NCBI GenBank assembly: GCA_002104945.1
Contig: MCFH01000008.1
Coordinates: forward strand, 806,001-870,000
DNA: 64,000 nucleotides
Source of the DNA: Piromyces finnis finn
Lineage: Eukaryota > Fungi > Neocallimastigomycota
Reading direction: 5' to 3'
The notes below the pieces were generated by a model. It was not told the DNA's origin, made no database searches, and saw nothing but the letters and a program-made list of their open reading frames with translations. Made by a program: the position numbers and the translations under genes. The first letter of the stretch is position 1. Each line of letters opens with the position of its first letter. Shown here piece by piece: positions 14,829 to 33,300 of the stretch.

Positions 14829-15571
14829 TAACATTTAATTAATTTATTTATATATAAATTAAATAATTAAAGAATAAATCATCAAAATTTGATTATCTAT
14901 CAAATCCCTTAAGATTTAGACCAATAAATAATGGATCTTTCTTTATATCAGATTCATCAATAGTTACAATAGTAGCTGCATATGCTACTTCTTTAATTGT
15001 TATCGATTTTATTCTACCTATTCAAAATAACGCAAATGATGATGGCACCGATGATTATACCATACGTACTAAGCAAACAGATCATAAAAAGTATATTTCA
15101 ACTATAGAATGGTCAAGTGATGGTAATAATCTTATAACTGCAAGTGAAGATATGATATATGTATGGAATATTGATTCAAATAATGAATTTCAAGTTATTT
15201 ATTCTATTCCATCAGATAATGAAAAAATAACATCATGTATATTTTTACCAAATCCATTCTTATCGTCTGTAGATCAATTAAATACTAAGAGTATATCCAT
15301 TGCTTACAGTGTTTATAATAATATATATGTATGGGAATCTGAAAAGAATAGTAGTACTTTATATAGTCAATATTCACCTTCAGTTGGAAAAATTAGTTCA
15401 TATAATAAAGCACATACAGGAACTATATGTTCATTAAGTAGTTGTATAAGATTAAAACCTACTGTTAAAGCGATTAATGAAAACACAACTAGTAATGATA
15501 TTGAGTATATATTAGCATCATCTAGTAATACCAAGGAAAATAATTTAAAAATTTGGAATATTAATATATAG
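10407..15571 (+). CDS. LUFS/LisH + Gln-rich + WD40 transcriptional regulator (LEUNIG-like architecture; Flo8/SSDP-type N-domain)
   Basis: About 9 exons (10407-10717, 10830-11849, 11969-12050, 12137-~12308, 12560-12625, 12937-~13041, 13141-~13266, 13400-14794, 14873-15571). Spliced KMLDTYIYDYCLKRNYKQTAELLKQEAK...GFLYEWWTVFWEIYSA matches LUFS; poly-Q tracts follow; WD repeats such as HKQTVSACCF...LASGSNDNKTIIWD and LVTGSIDKTVRIWK. Confidence 0.88.
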
Positions 15572-15796
15572 ATTATTTTTTCCTTGGTACATTTATTCAT
15601 TTCTTTATAATATTTTTAAAAAGGTTATTTTTATAAGTCTTATTATTTTATAAATTTTTGTATCAAAAAATTATATATCTTAAAAATATTTATTTAAATA
15701 TAAATATTTTTTATATCACATTTAATATTAATTTGTAAATATATATATTTATATATCTACTAGCATTATAGTATGATTTTTTATTTTTTCACTTTG

Positions 15797-15846
<50 letters not shown>

Positions 15847-16741
15847 TTTATTAATGTTTTATTAGAGTAGCATCTTGTAGTTACATAAATAATATAAAGA
15901 GTAACAATTTTAATGTTAATATAAAAAAAGTAAATATATTCATGTATATATATAAACATACAAATATATTTTTTTTAAAAAAAATGTTGTTGGACGATGT
16001 AATAACATATTAAAACATATACTATTTGAAAATATAAATAATAATAATAATAATATAAAAAAAAGTTTTAACTTTATTATTTAAAATAACATATTTGTTT
16101 TAAAATAATAGAATACAATAATTATATACTGTTAAAAAGATATCTTTATTTGATATCTTTGAAATAAAATACAATTATTATACTTTAGCATCATAATTAC
16201 AATTCATTACCCTAATAAAATAAAATAGAATAAAGTATTATATATATTATATAAGTATTCTTATTGTATTGATTTAAATTGCTGGAGGTTCAAAATTATT
16301 AAAATATTTAATCTTAAACAGATTAGAATTTATTAAATAGTATTTAATATTTATAGTTATATAGTTAAAAAAAATAATTGTAAATATTTTAAAAATGGTA
16401 AATTTAATTTACATTTTATTTTTTCTTTTTTTTTCTTTTTTTTTTTTTTTTTTTAGAATAAGAATAAGATATAATTATATATTTAAGCCTTTAATATATT
16501 AATACATATAAATATATTTAGTATTTTTAGAATAAAAATAATATTATTTATTATCTCAAACATTAGAATTATATATATTTTAGTTTGAAATTGATTTTAT
16601 AAAATATTTTTCATATGATTTAATTAACTTTATTTATTGGGTTAAGCAATTTTTAATTGATATATAAAAGTTACTTTTTTTTCTTTTTTAAAATTAAAAC
16701 ATTAATAAAGTAAAAGAGAAAGATTTCGTGATAAAAAAAAA

Positions 16742-19097
16742 ATGAAAAATATTATATATAATATCTTTACACTATATGGTATATCAAATGCCTTAGCATA
16801 CAGTAATACTTCATTAAATCTATCCGATATGGTAGAAAGAAGTTTTACTTTAAATGGCAAAACTGGTACTGGTTTATGCGAAGTTAATTTATTGAAATAT
16901 GTTGATTGCTTTTCCAGTCTAAACAAAGCCGCCTTAGGAAAGGATCTCACTTCATTGGATAGTAGTAAAATTTGTCCGGTTTATGAAGAAAAATGTAAAG
17001 ACTTTATAAATGATACTTTCAATTACATTGATTGTGATAGAAAACTGGGTGAAATGACTAAGTATTCAGTAACTTTTAATAGACTATACTACCTCACAAA
17101 TTGTATTAAAGATTCTAATGGTAATGCTTGTCCTATTACTAAAGTTGTTAACGGCGAAGAAAAGTTAACTATTAAAAATTCCGGAAAAGTTTTGGAAGAT
17201 TCATGTAAAGATGAAAATTGTAATAAAAGCTTTGTTGCTATGGCTGATATCATCGATAAAAATATTGATAACAAATTATTATATGATCAATTTATTAACT
17301 TTACTAATGATATTAGTTATAAATCTCTTGCTTTAAGTTTTCGTAATAAAAAATGTGATTCTATTAATGTTATTACATCTAATAAAGAAGTATTTAATAA
17401 TGCTGTAAGTGTATAATACTAATTAAAGAAAAAATTGAATAGTAATTAAAAAAAAACTAATTTATAAAACATTATATATAATTTCTAATTACAAAATAAA
17501 TATATATATATATATATATATTTAAAATATATCATGTTATAGGAAGAATTATATAATAATATTATTAACTTATTCTATCGTTTAAGTATGGGTAAAATTC
17601 CTGATTATTCTATAGTATTAGATTTGGTTAACAAATCCAAGAACTTTTTAGAGGGTGATGTTAGTGAAAATTGTTTAAATCAATTTAAAAACTATTCAAA
17701 ATGTTTTGATTCATTTAAATATTATAATGAAGAAAATATTGAAAATTCAAATGATGTAAGCAAAATGTGCAAAAAATTTGAAGGAAACGACTGTGATAAA
17801 CTCATAAATGACTTAAAATCTAATGATATTCAATGTAATAATACAAATATTAATGATGTAATCTATAAAGCTATTTTTATTTCTCTTAGATTTACCTATT
17901 TATCAGCATGTTCAAAAACTGAGAATGATAAGGATTTATGTCCAATTTCAAATTACCTCCAAACTGAGCATAAATTTGAAGAAGCAACCAAAGATTTCCT
18001 TACTGCTATAACTGAAAACTGTGAAAATAATTATTGTAACGATAAATTTTATATTATTAAAGATTTAATTAAAGATTCTAACATTTATGATCAAGTAATT
18101 AGAAGTGATATTAACTTTGATGATTTCTTCAAAAATTTAAAAAATCACACTTGTAAGTCTTTCAAAATTGGATTAGGTATTTTTGAAATAATTGAGGATG
18201 TCATTGACTTAATTGTTAGTATATGGATCTCTATTTTATTATAATTAAAAATAAAATTAATATAATTATTACTTAATTTACTAATAAATATATTTTAATA
18301 TATAATAATAGAGGGAAATTATGACTTCAGCTTTGGATTCAGCCTTAAAACTTTTAAACGGTGTATTACCTGATTATAGTACTATCAGAAATTCAATAAT
18401 TAACTTAAATAAAAAGTTCAATATATTCGGTGTTAATAAAGAATGTCTTTCTCAAGTATGGAGTTACAGTTCTTGTGTTAATCTTTTTATTTCAGATGAA
18501 TCATATAATAATATTCATAATATTACATCATCTGAAGTTTGTGCTATATTCGAAGATAAAAATTGTAATTCGTTTATTACTGATTTAATGAATACTGATT
18601 TTAAATGTATAAATATAAATAATTCCAATGAAGAGATTTATAAAAAGATTTATGATTCACTTAAATTTACTTATTTATCTACTTGTTCAAAAACAGAAAA
18701 TGAAGATGATTATTGTCCAATGGTAGAATACATGAATTCCAATATGAATATTACTGAAGATAATTTAAGAGATTATGAAAATGCTTTAAAAAGTACTTGT
18801 GAAGATAAATCCTGTAATAAAAGTTATTCTGAGGTTTATAAAATTCTTCATGAAGGAAAAGAAGAAAATAAGGAATATAGTACTTCAACCGCTCAAAAAA
18901 GAGAAATGGTTATTTCAGAAGGTGAAATTGAATTAGATCAAGCTATTAAGTTTTTAGATAATAATCAATGTATAAAATTTTCTAAAGCAATGACAAACCA
19001 AAATGTAGATGTTGAAGATAATGGCTTTTTATTAACGAAAGTCAATATATTTACTATTTTATTTATTACTACTTTAACTATGATTACATTATTTTAA
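16742..19097 (+). CDS. Putative secreted, possibly GPI-anchored, ~706-aa protein with three tandem 10-Cys domains, one per exon
   Basis: Three ORFs share Cys spacing. They are joined by phase-0 introns 17405-17542 (GCT|GTAAGT...TAG|GAA) and 18215-18311 (ATT|GTTAGT...TAG|AGG). Signal-peptide-like N-terminus only on ORF1, hydrophobic C-terminal tail on ORF3. Confidence 0.72.
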
Positions 19098-19601
19098 ATG
19101 TAAATATTATCTTAATTGATAACAAAAGATGTAAATAATAGTACCATTAAAACAAATATTGAAAAGAAATGATAATATAGTACATTTATAATATCTTTTA
19201 TTATAGTAAAAGCAAAATATTATACTTAATAAATTAAATAATCATTAAAATCTAATTTATTTTTTTTTAAAAAAATGTATACATTTATTATTATAATTTT
19301 TTTTTTTTTTAATTATTATTATATTATAATATAACAAATAATTACATAGCTAACAATTAATAATAATAATAATAATAAAAAAAAAACTATTTAAAACATC
19401 TATTATTAATGATAAAGCAAATACTTTTAAATACAATTCTTTATTATATATTAATTGAATTTTTATTATTATTTTAGATCTGAATGTATGTATGTATGTA
19501 TGTAAAATTTATATTTCCTTTTTATTAATTTAATTTATATAATTTTATTTATTGTTTATTATTTTTTAATTTTTCTTTATAAATATATCTTTTAAAATTA
19601 T

Positions 19602-22328
19602 TTAATCAAAACATTCCTTTGAAATTTCTCCAATTCCAATTACTGACCAAAATGATACAAATTTTTGAACACCGTGTGATAATTCAGCATAATTTGGAGA
19701 AATCGGGGTTTCATTATTTACTTCTTTTTCGTTATTTACAAATGAATATGTAACAAGAATTGGAAACTATCAAATTTATAAATTTATAAAAATTAATTAA
19801 AATTAAATTTTAAAAATATTTTATATTTTATATTTAATTGTAAACTTATATTAATAAATAAATAAATAAAACTATATTTTACCTCGACCCTATCACCTAT
19901 ATCCCCTGTTGGTCTAACTTCTACAATAATACTAACTGAATTCTTTTTTTTTTCAAATATTCCAACTTGATTTTGTTCATTGGATTCTGTATCATTTTCG
20001 AATTCCTTTGTTGGATCATATGCTGGAATTTTAAAGCTTTTTGCTAATACAGTTACCTATATTTTACATATTTTGCAAAAATTACATAATTATTATTTAT
20101 TCCATTACAATGATATTATATTAAATACAATAAAATTAATAATAATGAAAATTACATTGCAAGTTGCTACCCCAGCGTTTTCTTTATATGGGTTTTTTAT
20201 TTTTGTTGTTGTAGTAGGATTAATTGGAATAATTGGTGCTGTTGAAATTTTTAAGGATGGTTTCTTTCTTTTTTTCGGGGAAAGAATTGGAGAAAGAATA
20301 GGAGATAAATTTAATGAACTTTTTCTACTACTAAATTTTGGTGTAATTATCGGTGAATTTTTTTTACTATCCATATCAATATCCATTTTATCTTCATTTT
20401 GTTTATTAGGGAGTGTAGAAATTGATACTGAGATCTCCTGAGATAATGGATTCACAAATTTCAACAATACTTGAACAGGAATATCTTTATGAAGTTTATT
20501 ATTTGGAATAATTTTTTGTATAAATATATTGGGAATATAGTCGCTATTAATATTAAAACATATTAAAATAGATAATTAAAGAGCTATTAATATTTTAAAT
20601 ATATCAATGAAAATAATTTTAAACAGCTTCTAAAGGTTTTATTATTTTTATTCTATTAGATTTATATTTTATATTATAAAATCAATTTATTATCAAAGCA
20701 TTATAATTTTTATACTACAAAATAAAATAAAAAAAAAAAAAAAATCTAATGTTACCGAGCAAAAGATTTTATTGAAAACCTAATATTACTTGGCTTTTTC
20801 ATTTTTTGGACTTCTTGTTTAACTAAAATCTTTTCACATTTATCACATTTTGTTTGTAACTTTACTCTTAATGGTATTCTATGAATTCTTAATTGCCTTT
20901 TTTATTCATTTATTTTTATTTTTTTTTAAATAATATAAATATTAAATATTATGTTAAAAAATTTTATAAAATAAATCATGACTTATTATTATATAATAAA
21001 TATTATAAATACTTCAAATATCTTGGTTGATCCTCTGGTTGATTTAACTTTTGTTTTAGTGAAGTTACTGGAATATTTAGTTGATATTTGATATTATTTA
21101 TAATTAAGTATTTAATTAAACAATAAAAAAATATAATAATAATGTAATATTAAAGTTTTTTTTTTTACATAACTTAATATAAATTATACTTACATTCATC
21201 CATATTTTCAAGATTTTTTAAATTAATCATTTCTAATTCATCTTCCATAACCTGTGTATCCTTATTTTCTGACGAATTATTATATTCATCACTTATTTGA
21301 TTATTATCTCGTTTAGCTTGTATTAATTTTGTTTTTAAATCTGGTATATGAGAAATAATTGATGGTGAATATAGAAATGAAGAAGTATTTCCAAACAATG
21401 CGCTTAAACGTTTTGTGTTTATATTATTCATGTTATTATTGGATCTTAAACATTTATCATAATGGTTTCTAAGATTTTGGAATTCAACCTCATGTGGTAA
21501 TATGCTTTCTTTTTTTTGAAGTTGAACTTTTCATTTATAATTTAAATTTTATACAATATATAACAATATATAGGTTTTTTTGTAAATTTGATATTATAAA
21601 CTATAATCTTCTAATTTTCAATAATAATAAAAAAAGATATTTACGGTATAATCCAGTTGATTTATCAAAAGATAAATTAATTTCTAAAGATTTCCATTGA
21701 CAAACATTACAGGCTAAAAAATATACAGTTTGTTCATCGTCTGTTGCTGTTGTGTTAATGGTATCTTGTTGTGAAATAACAGTTAATACATTAAAACATA
21801 TTGGACATTCAAAACAATTTCTTATACATCTATAATTTAAAAATAATTAATTTTTATTTTTAAATAATTAAAAATATTTATTTAGCAATATATATATATT
21901 TATTTATTTGTTCCTTCATCTAAATATATCAATTAATTTAAAAATACTAATTAATAATTTATTTATTATTACCTATTTTGTTCTGAAACTACACTAGCTT
22001 GTGGTACATCAAATAAACAATTTGGACAATAAAAACACAAAAAATCATTTTTTACGCAATCTGGACAATGAAGTTCACAACAACTTGGACAGAAAAATAA
22101 ATCATATATTGATTTCAGTCTATGATGATTAAAATGTGTTGGAGGAAAATGTGATATTGTTGTTGAATTTATTTCACTTTCAACAGGTTCTTTTAAAGGA
22201 AATTGAAATGTCGAGAAATATATATCTTTTCTAATTTTTGATACCACTTGACATGTACATTGATAATATACATATGGAAAAGGTATATTATTGTTTTTGT
22301 TTTTGTTTTTGTTTTTAATTTCATCCAT
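19602..22328 (-). CDS. DCTN4: Dynactin subunit 4 (p62)
   Basis: Multi-exon. LFFCPSCCELHCPDCV...FYCPNCLFDVPQASVVSEQNRCIRNCFECPICFNVL, LACNVCQWKS and PLRVKLQTKCDKCEKILVK are dynactin p62 zinc-binding motifs; ends FWSVIGIGEISKECFD*. Confidence 0.92.
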
Positions 22329-22885
22329 TGTTTATGTTTTTAGCTATAATTATAATTATTATTCACCATTACAAAAGAAAATAAAAAATCTTTATTAAAG
22401 AATTTAATATTTTTTATACACAATTTATTTTATATTATAAATTTTATAATAACAATAAAAAAGAAAATTCATAAAATTTATATAAATTTAAAATAATTTA
22501 TAAATATATTAAATACTATATTTTATTTTTAAAATTATAAAATTATAGATAATAAAAATTGCATATACATTTACACCTTCTATTGATAAATAAACTCAAC
22601 AAATACCCATTAAAAAAAATTAATAATTAAATATTAAATCCAATCCAATCAATTTATATTTAAATTTCAAAATATTAAAGAAAAACAGGAAAATTTTAAT
22701 TTTTATATTGTAATGGTACAAAGTTATAGAAATTATTTTTATTTTTCTGCTAAAATAAATAAATGAGCAATGTACTTAATTTAATCATTAATCATTAAAG
22801 AATTAAACTAATAAAAAGTATATTTTTTTATTTTTTATTTTTTATTACTTAGATAGACTTTTATAATTACAAAAATTGTATATTT

Positions 22886-26752
<3,867 letters not shown>

Positions 26753-27228
26753 TTTAATTATCTTTATAACGAATATTAATATTTAATTATTAATAAAAAC
26801 AATAAACTATTGCCTTTAATAACAAATTTTATATTAAATTATAAATAAAAAAGTAGGATGAAAAAAAAAAAAAGAAAATTATTAAAGTTTTATTTTTCAT
26901 TTTATAATATATATTATCTAATGTTATACCACACTAATTAATAAACATTACAATTAAAACCATAAAAATTTAAATAACTTTGTTACTGCGAACTAGAAAA
27001 TCGAAAAAAAAAAAAAGAAGAGAAAAAAAATTATTATAAAGTGTTATAATTAGAGTTTTATAATTTTATATATTATTTTATTTATTGTATTAATATTACA
27101 TTGATTTTAGCATATCCTAATTTTTATATACAAAAAAAAAAAAAAAAAAAAAAAAAAACTATTCCAATATTTTAAATTCTAAATCTAATTATAATTTGAT
27201 TAATTCGATTAATAATAATATTGTAATA

Positions 27229-28248
27229 TTAAACTTTTGTATCAATGATTATTGTAACTGGTCCTTCATTAACAAGGAAAACATTCATCATAGCACCAAA
27301 TTTACCATCTAAATAGTTATAGTATTAACATTAGTTGAAAAAAAAAAAGTATATGGTATATAAAACCATAATAATATATACCTTTAATCTTTTCGGGTTT
27401 GTATGCTTGTCTTAATTTATCCAAAAATTTATTATAAAATTTGTTTGCATCTTCTGTTTTCATGGCTAAATGAAAATCTGGCTTTGTTCCTATTGATAAA
27501 ATACATTTTTATATTATAAAAAAAAAAAAAAGTTATTTATGAAATGTAAAAAATAATAATAATAATAATATAAATTAAAATATAAATAAAAATGAATTAC
27601 CCTTCTTTGTTACAGCATATAAAGTAAATTGACTTACTATATTTTAAATATTTTTAAAAAATAATAAAATACTATAATATTAAATATCACATAAATCATC
27701 ATATAAAAATAATAAATTATTTACATACCACATAAAATATCATAATCTAAATCTTTAACACTTTTCTTCCAAAATCTTTCTTGTTCATCTTGAAATAATT
27801 TTAAATTTATTATCTAAATAAAAAATAAATAAATAATATTGATAATTATATATATATATTTAATTAAAATACCTTTTTTACTCTAAAAAAAATAATATAA
27901 TTAAAAAATTAGATAATAAATTATTAATATTATATTTTTTATTTCATTTATTTATTAAAAATGTTTAGTAAATAATTTTATTAAATTATTCATATTATAT
28001 TGTATAATATTACAATTTATCTATGTCTTCTTCAGTATCATCTATACATATTCCTATTAAGGCCATGATTCCCTTATCAATTACAGAAATCTTTTCTCCA
28101 TCCACTAAAATTACAAATTAATTTATTAATTGTATTAGCTTAAATATATTTTAATAACTTAAATAGAAAACAAGTAATTCAATATTTATATCATAAAATA
28201 TTAACCTTCTACACTAGAATTTTTAACTCTTTGAATAACAGCTTTCAT
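27229..28248 (-). CDS. DTD1: D-aminoacyl-tRNA deacylase
   Basis: Small exons give MKAVIQRV..., SQFTLY (catalytic motif), GTKPDFHLAM and DGKFGAMMNVFLVNEGPVTIIIDTKV*. Confidence 0.93.
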
Positions 28249-28768
28249 TTTATATAATTTAATTTATATTTTTTTAACTGTGGTGCAAAAAAATATTTTC
28301 AAAGTATATTAATTCTACATATTAAATATATTATCATATATTAAATGTATAAATGATTTGAACCAGTTTTCATTAATATTAAAAATTTTGTTCGTTTTTT
28401 TTTTAGTTAAAATTTATTTAAATATAAATAAGTAATTACCAAAACATATTATATTTAATATTAGAATAATTATTTTTTTTTTTAATATTTTTTAAATTTT
28501 GATTTTTTTTTTTAGTATATTTTTCACATTAAATATTATTATTATAAAACCAATTAGTTTAACAAATTTTTAAAAATTATTAAAGTTTTAATTCTTTTTC
28601 TCTTTTTTTTTTTTTTTTTAAAAAAAAAAGTAGTTTTTAATATTATTAATTATGACATTACTATTTAAATAAATATTTAAAATTATGACAATAATGCTTA
28701 TTTAAATAAAAAGAAAAAAAATTAAATTATTAATATAGTAAAACTATATATTAGACTATTATTGGAAT

Positions 28769-30520
28769 TTATGAGAATTGTGCCATTTTAGCAACCATTT
28801 CCTGTGGTGTTTTTAAAGTTAAAGGTATAAAGTTATCTAAATTTACTGGAAGTTGTGATAAGGCATAGTCTGGAATGAGTTTTCTATTTAATGATGGGTT
28901 TATACTTAATTCATGTTCAGTAAAGTTAAATAATGGTGGAAGTGGTTTTCCTGTTAATAATACTGTATTTTGTTGTCTTAATTCATTAAAGAATGGGTGT
29001 GTCATTGCTTCAATAGCTGTTAATCTCTTAGTTGGTGTGTATTCTAATAATGATGATAATAATTCTAAAGCTTCAGGGGTAGTTACTCTTCCTCTAAAGA
29101 CCTATTTAATTTTTATACACATAAAATATTCATTTAAATATATATTCATCTTTACTTATGAACATTTCCAATATTTCTTAATGCTTATTTTTCATAATTT
29201 TACCTTTGACCATGAGCATGATTTGATTTGTGGGAACTTATATTCACTGTAATGTTCATTCATACTCAATATTTGTTCCTTAGTTGGAGTACCTAAAATC
29301 TTAATAATTTCTACTAATTGATCAACACAAGATTCTCCCAAGAATAATGGTTGTCCTAACATAAGTTCTGCCATAACACAGCCAGCAGACCAGATATCTA
29401 TAATATATTATGTTATAAAAATTAATAATATTACTATAATTTATATATATATTTGAAACTATTTTAAACACTTACCAATTAAAACTGAATAATTAATACT
29501 ACCAAAGATTAATTCTGGAGCACGATAATATCTAGAACATATATAACTAACATTTGGTTCACCAGCAACTAAAATTTTGGCACTACCAAAATCACATAAT
29601 TTTAATACACCAGTTGTTGGATCTAAAAGAAGATTTTGTGGTTTAATATCTCTATGGCAAATACCTAAGGAATGAATGTAAGCCAGAGAACGGAAAAGTT
29701 GATACATATATAACTGTAATAAAAATTATTTTATAAATAATAATAAATAAAATTTTTAATATCTAACAATTTTTAATTAAAAACAAATTAAATACAAGAA
29801 TTTGTATTATAATTACTTTAACAGAAAGAATTGGCATGTTTTGCCTTATTTTAACGTAATGTCTACTAGCTCGGTAAATAGTTTCTGGTATATATTCTAA
29901 TAATAAGTTCAAAAAGACCTCATCTTTCTTTTCTCCATTTGAATAGAAGTAGTATTTTAAAGTTACAACATTTGGATGTGATACTAAATTCATAATTTGA
30001 AGTTCACGATTCTAAAGTTAATTATATATATTTAATAATATAATAAAACACAATTTTCTTTATAATTTATATAATATTTATGACTATATGTTAAAAACTT
30101 TTATAATTAAATAATTACTTTAAAGCGTTTATCTTGTAAAACTTTTTTTATAGCAACAATTTCACCTGTTTTAATTAATTTTGCTTTAAATACAACACCG
30201 AAAGAACCACTACCAGCGACTTTATTATTAACAAAAGAAATTTCTGTTAATTCACCAGTATTACCACGGTTAGCCATAACAACAGTTGGATGAGCTGCAT
30301 CTATTTCATCTTAAAAATTAAAAAAAAAAGTAAATAAATACTTGTACTTCTTTTTTATATTCATTTTTTATAACTATTTTGGAAATTTACTATTTGTTTT
30401 TATTCCATTTATAATATTATCATTAGCACTAGAGTTATTACTATTTTCTTTCCAATCTTTTGAATTATTATCCATTAATGCTTGAACTGGTTGAAAAATA
30501 TTTTTTTTCATATTTGACAT
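28769..30520 (-). CDS. GSK3: Glycogen synthase kinase 3 family Ser/Thr kinase
   Basis: [58 protein letters not shown]. Start codon uncertain: an in-frame acceptor near 30551 could indicate a further upstream exon. Confidence 0.96.
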
Positions 30521-30599
30521 AATTATTTGACTTTTTAAATTGAATTTTTCCTGTTTTATATTACTTTAAAATATATTATTTATTAATATGATATAAATA

Positions 30600-33300
30600 T
30601 TAATACTATAATATAGATTTTGTTCGTTTTTTCCTTCTATAATGTAAAAATTAAATATTATTTTATAAAAAATTATAGTAATAATATTATATAGTTACAT
30701 TAAATAATTATGACTTTGAATATTTAATTTTCTTTATAATTTCTTTCTTTCTATTGATTGATATTATTAAACAAACAGATTTATTATTAAAAATTATTTA
30801 TTTAATAGAATTTATAAAAAGTATAAATTCATTAGTTAATTTTTGATATATTATTAGATAATTAAAATTTTATGTTTTTTTATTAAAATTGAGACTATTG
30901 TGGTGAGGAAATTTTAGATATATATTAAATTATGTTTGTAGTATTTCCTTAATAATGTTAGGAAATCTAGATTTTATAATAATTTTTGAAAATATTTTAA
31001 GTTTTCTATTTATAATTTAATTATGAACTGATATTATGCCTTTGTTAATTGTATTATATTGATTATAAATATGTGTATACCTTCAAAATTGATATAATAA
31101 ATTTTACTTTATTGAAATACTTGCAATTTTTAATAAATAATTTATATGCTTTTATTTATATTTTAAAAAAAAATATTCCTGTATTTTTTATTACTGTTTT
31201 AGTTTAGTTTATAATAAATAATCTGTGGTATTTCTCTAAGAATTTCCAATAAATGTTCCAAAATTTTGAAAATCTTCTGTTAAATATTATAATATATTTT
31301 TATATTCTTTTTATAATTATAAATTGAATATTTTTTTTAAAAAAAAATAAAAAAAAAGGAGAGAGTGTGTAAGATCTTTATTTCATTAATTATTCATTTA
31401 TTAAATTTTAATTTAATTTTAATGCCTTTTAACAAATTTTTTTTTTTTTTTTTGCTAATATATTTTTAACAATTATATTTTGATATAAATATAGATATTT
31501 TAAATAACTTTAATTGATTTTGGAAATATATAAATTGCTTAATATTATATAATTATTATTATTATTAACAAAAATATTCCTTGATATTTATATCTTTTAG
31601 TAGCGGTTCTTTTAATTATTTAGTTTACTTTCTCCTTTTATTTTGTATACATATAAATGAAAGTTTTATTATATATATTTTTAATTGAAATATTTTTTGG
31701 TAAAAAGAATTGAAGTGAATAAATAATAATTTGTTTTTCAATTAATATTTTCTTTAAATTATTAATATTTGAACTTGTTTAACTGTTTGTTTTTAATTTT
31801 AATATTAACCTTTAATGATTTGTTATTTATAAATAAAAAATATTATTAGTAATTATATTAATTTAATAATAAAGTAATAAAGTATTAATTATATTATTAA
31901 TTTTAAGTTCTTTTAAATGTTTTTTTTAAAAATAATAAATATAATACTATATAAAATTTCTTACTTTAATATAAAATATTTTTAATAATAAAAGTAAAAT
32001 AATTTTCCCTTTTTTTTGTAATAATGATAATTATAAAATTATAAATGAGTTAAAATTAATGTAATCTTTTTCATTCATTTAACTTTTTTTTTTTTTTTAC
32101 TTTTTATTATTAAATAAAAAAAGGAGTTATAAAAACTACTTTTAATATAAATAATGTAATTTTCAAAAAAATATTAACAAAATTTAATTTATAATTAATT
32201 AAAAATATAATATTTCATATTTCATATAAATATTTTATTAATCAATTTATTAATATATTTTGATATAAAAAATTTTAAATATAAATTTTTTTTTTTCATA
32301 TTTTAATAAAATTTTAGTTTTTACACTATAATAATTAAAAAATTAACTTCAATATACTTATTTTTATTCTATTTATTACTTTAAAAATAATATTTAAAAG
32401 AATTATTATCTTTTTATTATAAAAAAAAAAGCTTTATACCTTTTTAAAAAATTCCACCATTATTTACCCACAATAATAAATATTATTTGCTATTTAATAT
32501 CATTACATTTATTTGTTTCTATTCCTTTACTTAACATATATATAAATTCCTCACCATAATAAACAGTATGACTAACTATAATTATTTAAAATAATATATA
32601 ATCACTTATATTTTTAAATTTTGCTTTATATAAATTACCAAGAGTAATATTTGAAGTTAAGTTTTTTTGATATCTTTTTTTTATATCTGTATACTTATTC
32701 TTTGTATTATATTATCTAAAATTATATTAATAATACATTTTAGTAATTATTATATTGACATCTATTATTAAAATAAATAATAAGTATTCTATTTTGCTTC
32801 CATATTATTATTTATGCTGTCTTATTTATGTTTGCAAGATATATTTTTTATATTTATATATATTAATTGTATAATTAACATTATATAGATTTTCAAAATT
32901 CTAACATTAATATATCCTTTATTATTATAAATTACAAAGGACTATTGAAATATTTATTGCTTATTCATTTTTGTTGAACATAATCTGTTTTTTTATTCAT
33001 TTTTATGTCTGTCTAGTGTTTACAATAGTCTTATTAATTTTTTAATATTCCTTAATTTGGATAAAATTTAAATTAAATATCACAATCAACTACCATATAT
33101 GGTAATGATAATTAATTTGAAATGTTTATCAACGATGTTTATTCATTTTTTTTTTATTATTATTTTTAATATTTTAATAATTGTAATAACTAATATATTA
33201 TTAATGTCATTATTAGTTCCAAATATGTTGATATTTAAACAATTTATAACTTTTGTATATCTTTTACATATTTTATTATAATAATTATTTATTAATATAT
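30600..33300 (-). pseudogene. Possible highly decayed coding relics (LRR-like and ankyrin-like fragments)
   Basis: Short broken minus-strand readings such as LREIPQIIY (~31210-31240), LSNNISK (~30840-30860) and MLSKGIETNKCND (~32500-32540), interrupted by stops and frameshifts. Confidence 0.2.

Noticed and set aside
16702-17274. Minus-strand ORFs 16702-16950 and 17089-17274
   Set aside because: Antisense to the Cys-rich gene, which has the clear repeat structure.
26980-26995. GTTACTGCGAAC upstream of CFAP91 as an RFX X-box
   Set aside because: Only a partial match to GTNRCC-N-RGYAAC, and no matching site was found upstream of RSPH3.
33099-33281. 60-aa hydrophobic ORF (also 38826-39053, 42516-42788, 63162-63380)
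   Set aside because: Low-complexity I/F/L/Y strings without motifs; the last overlaps a minus-strand exon of the sAC-like gene.
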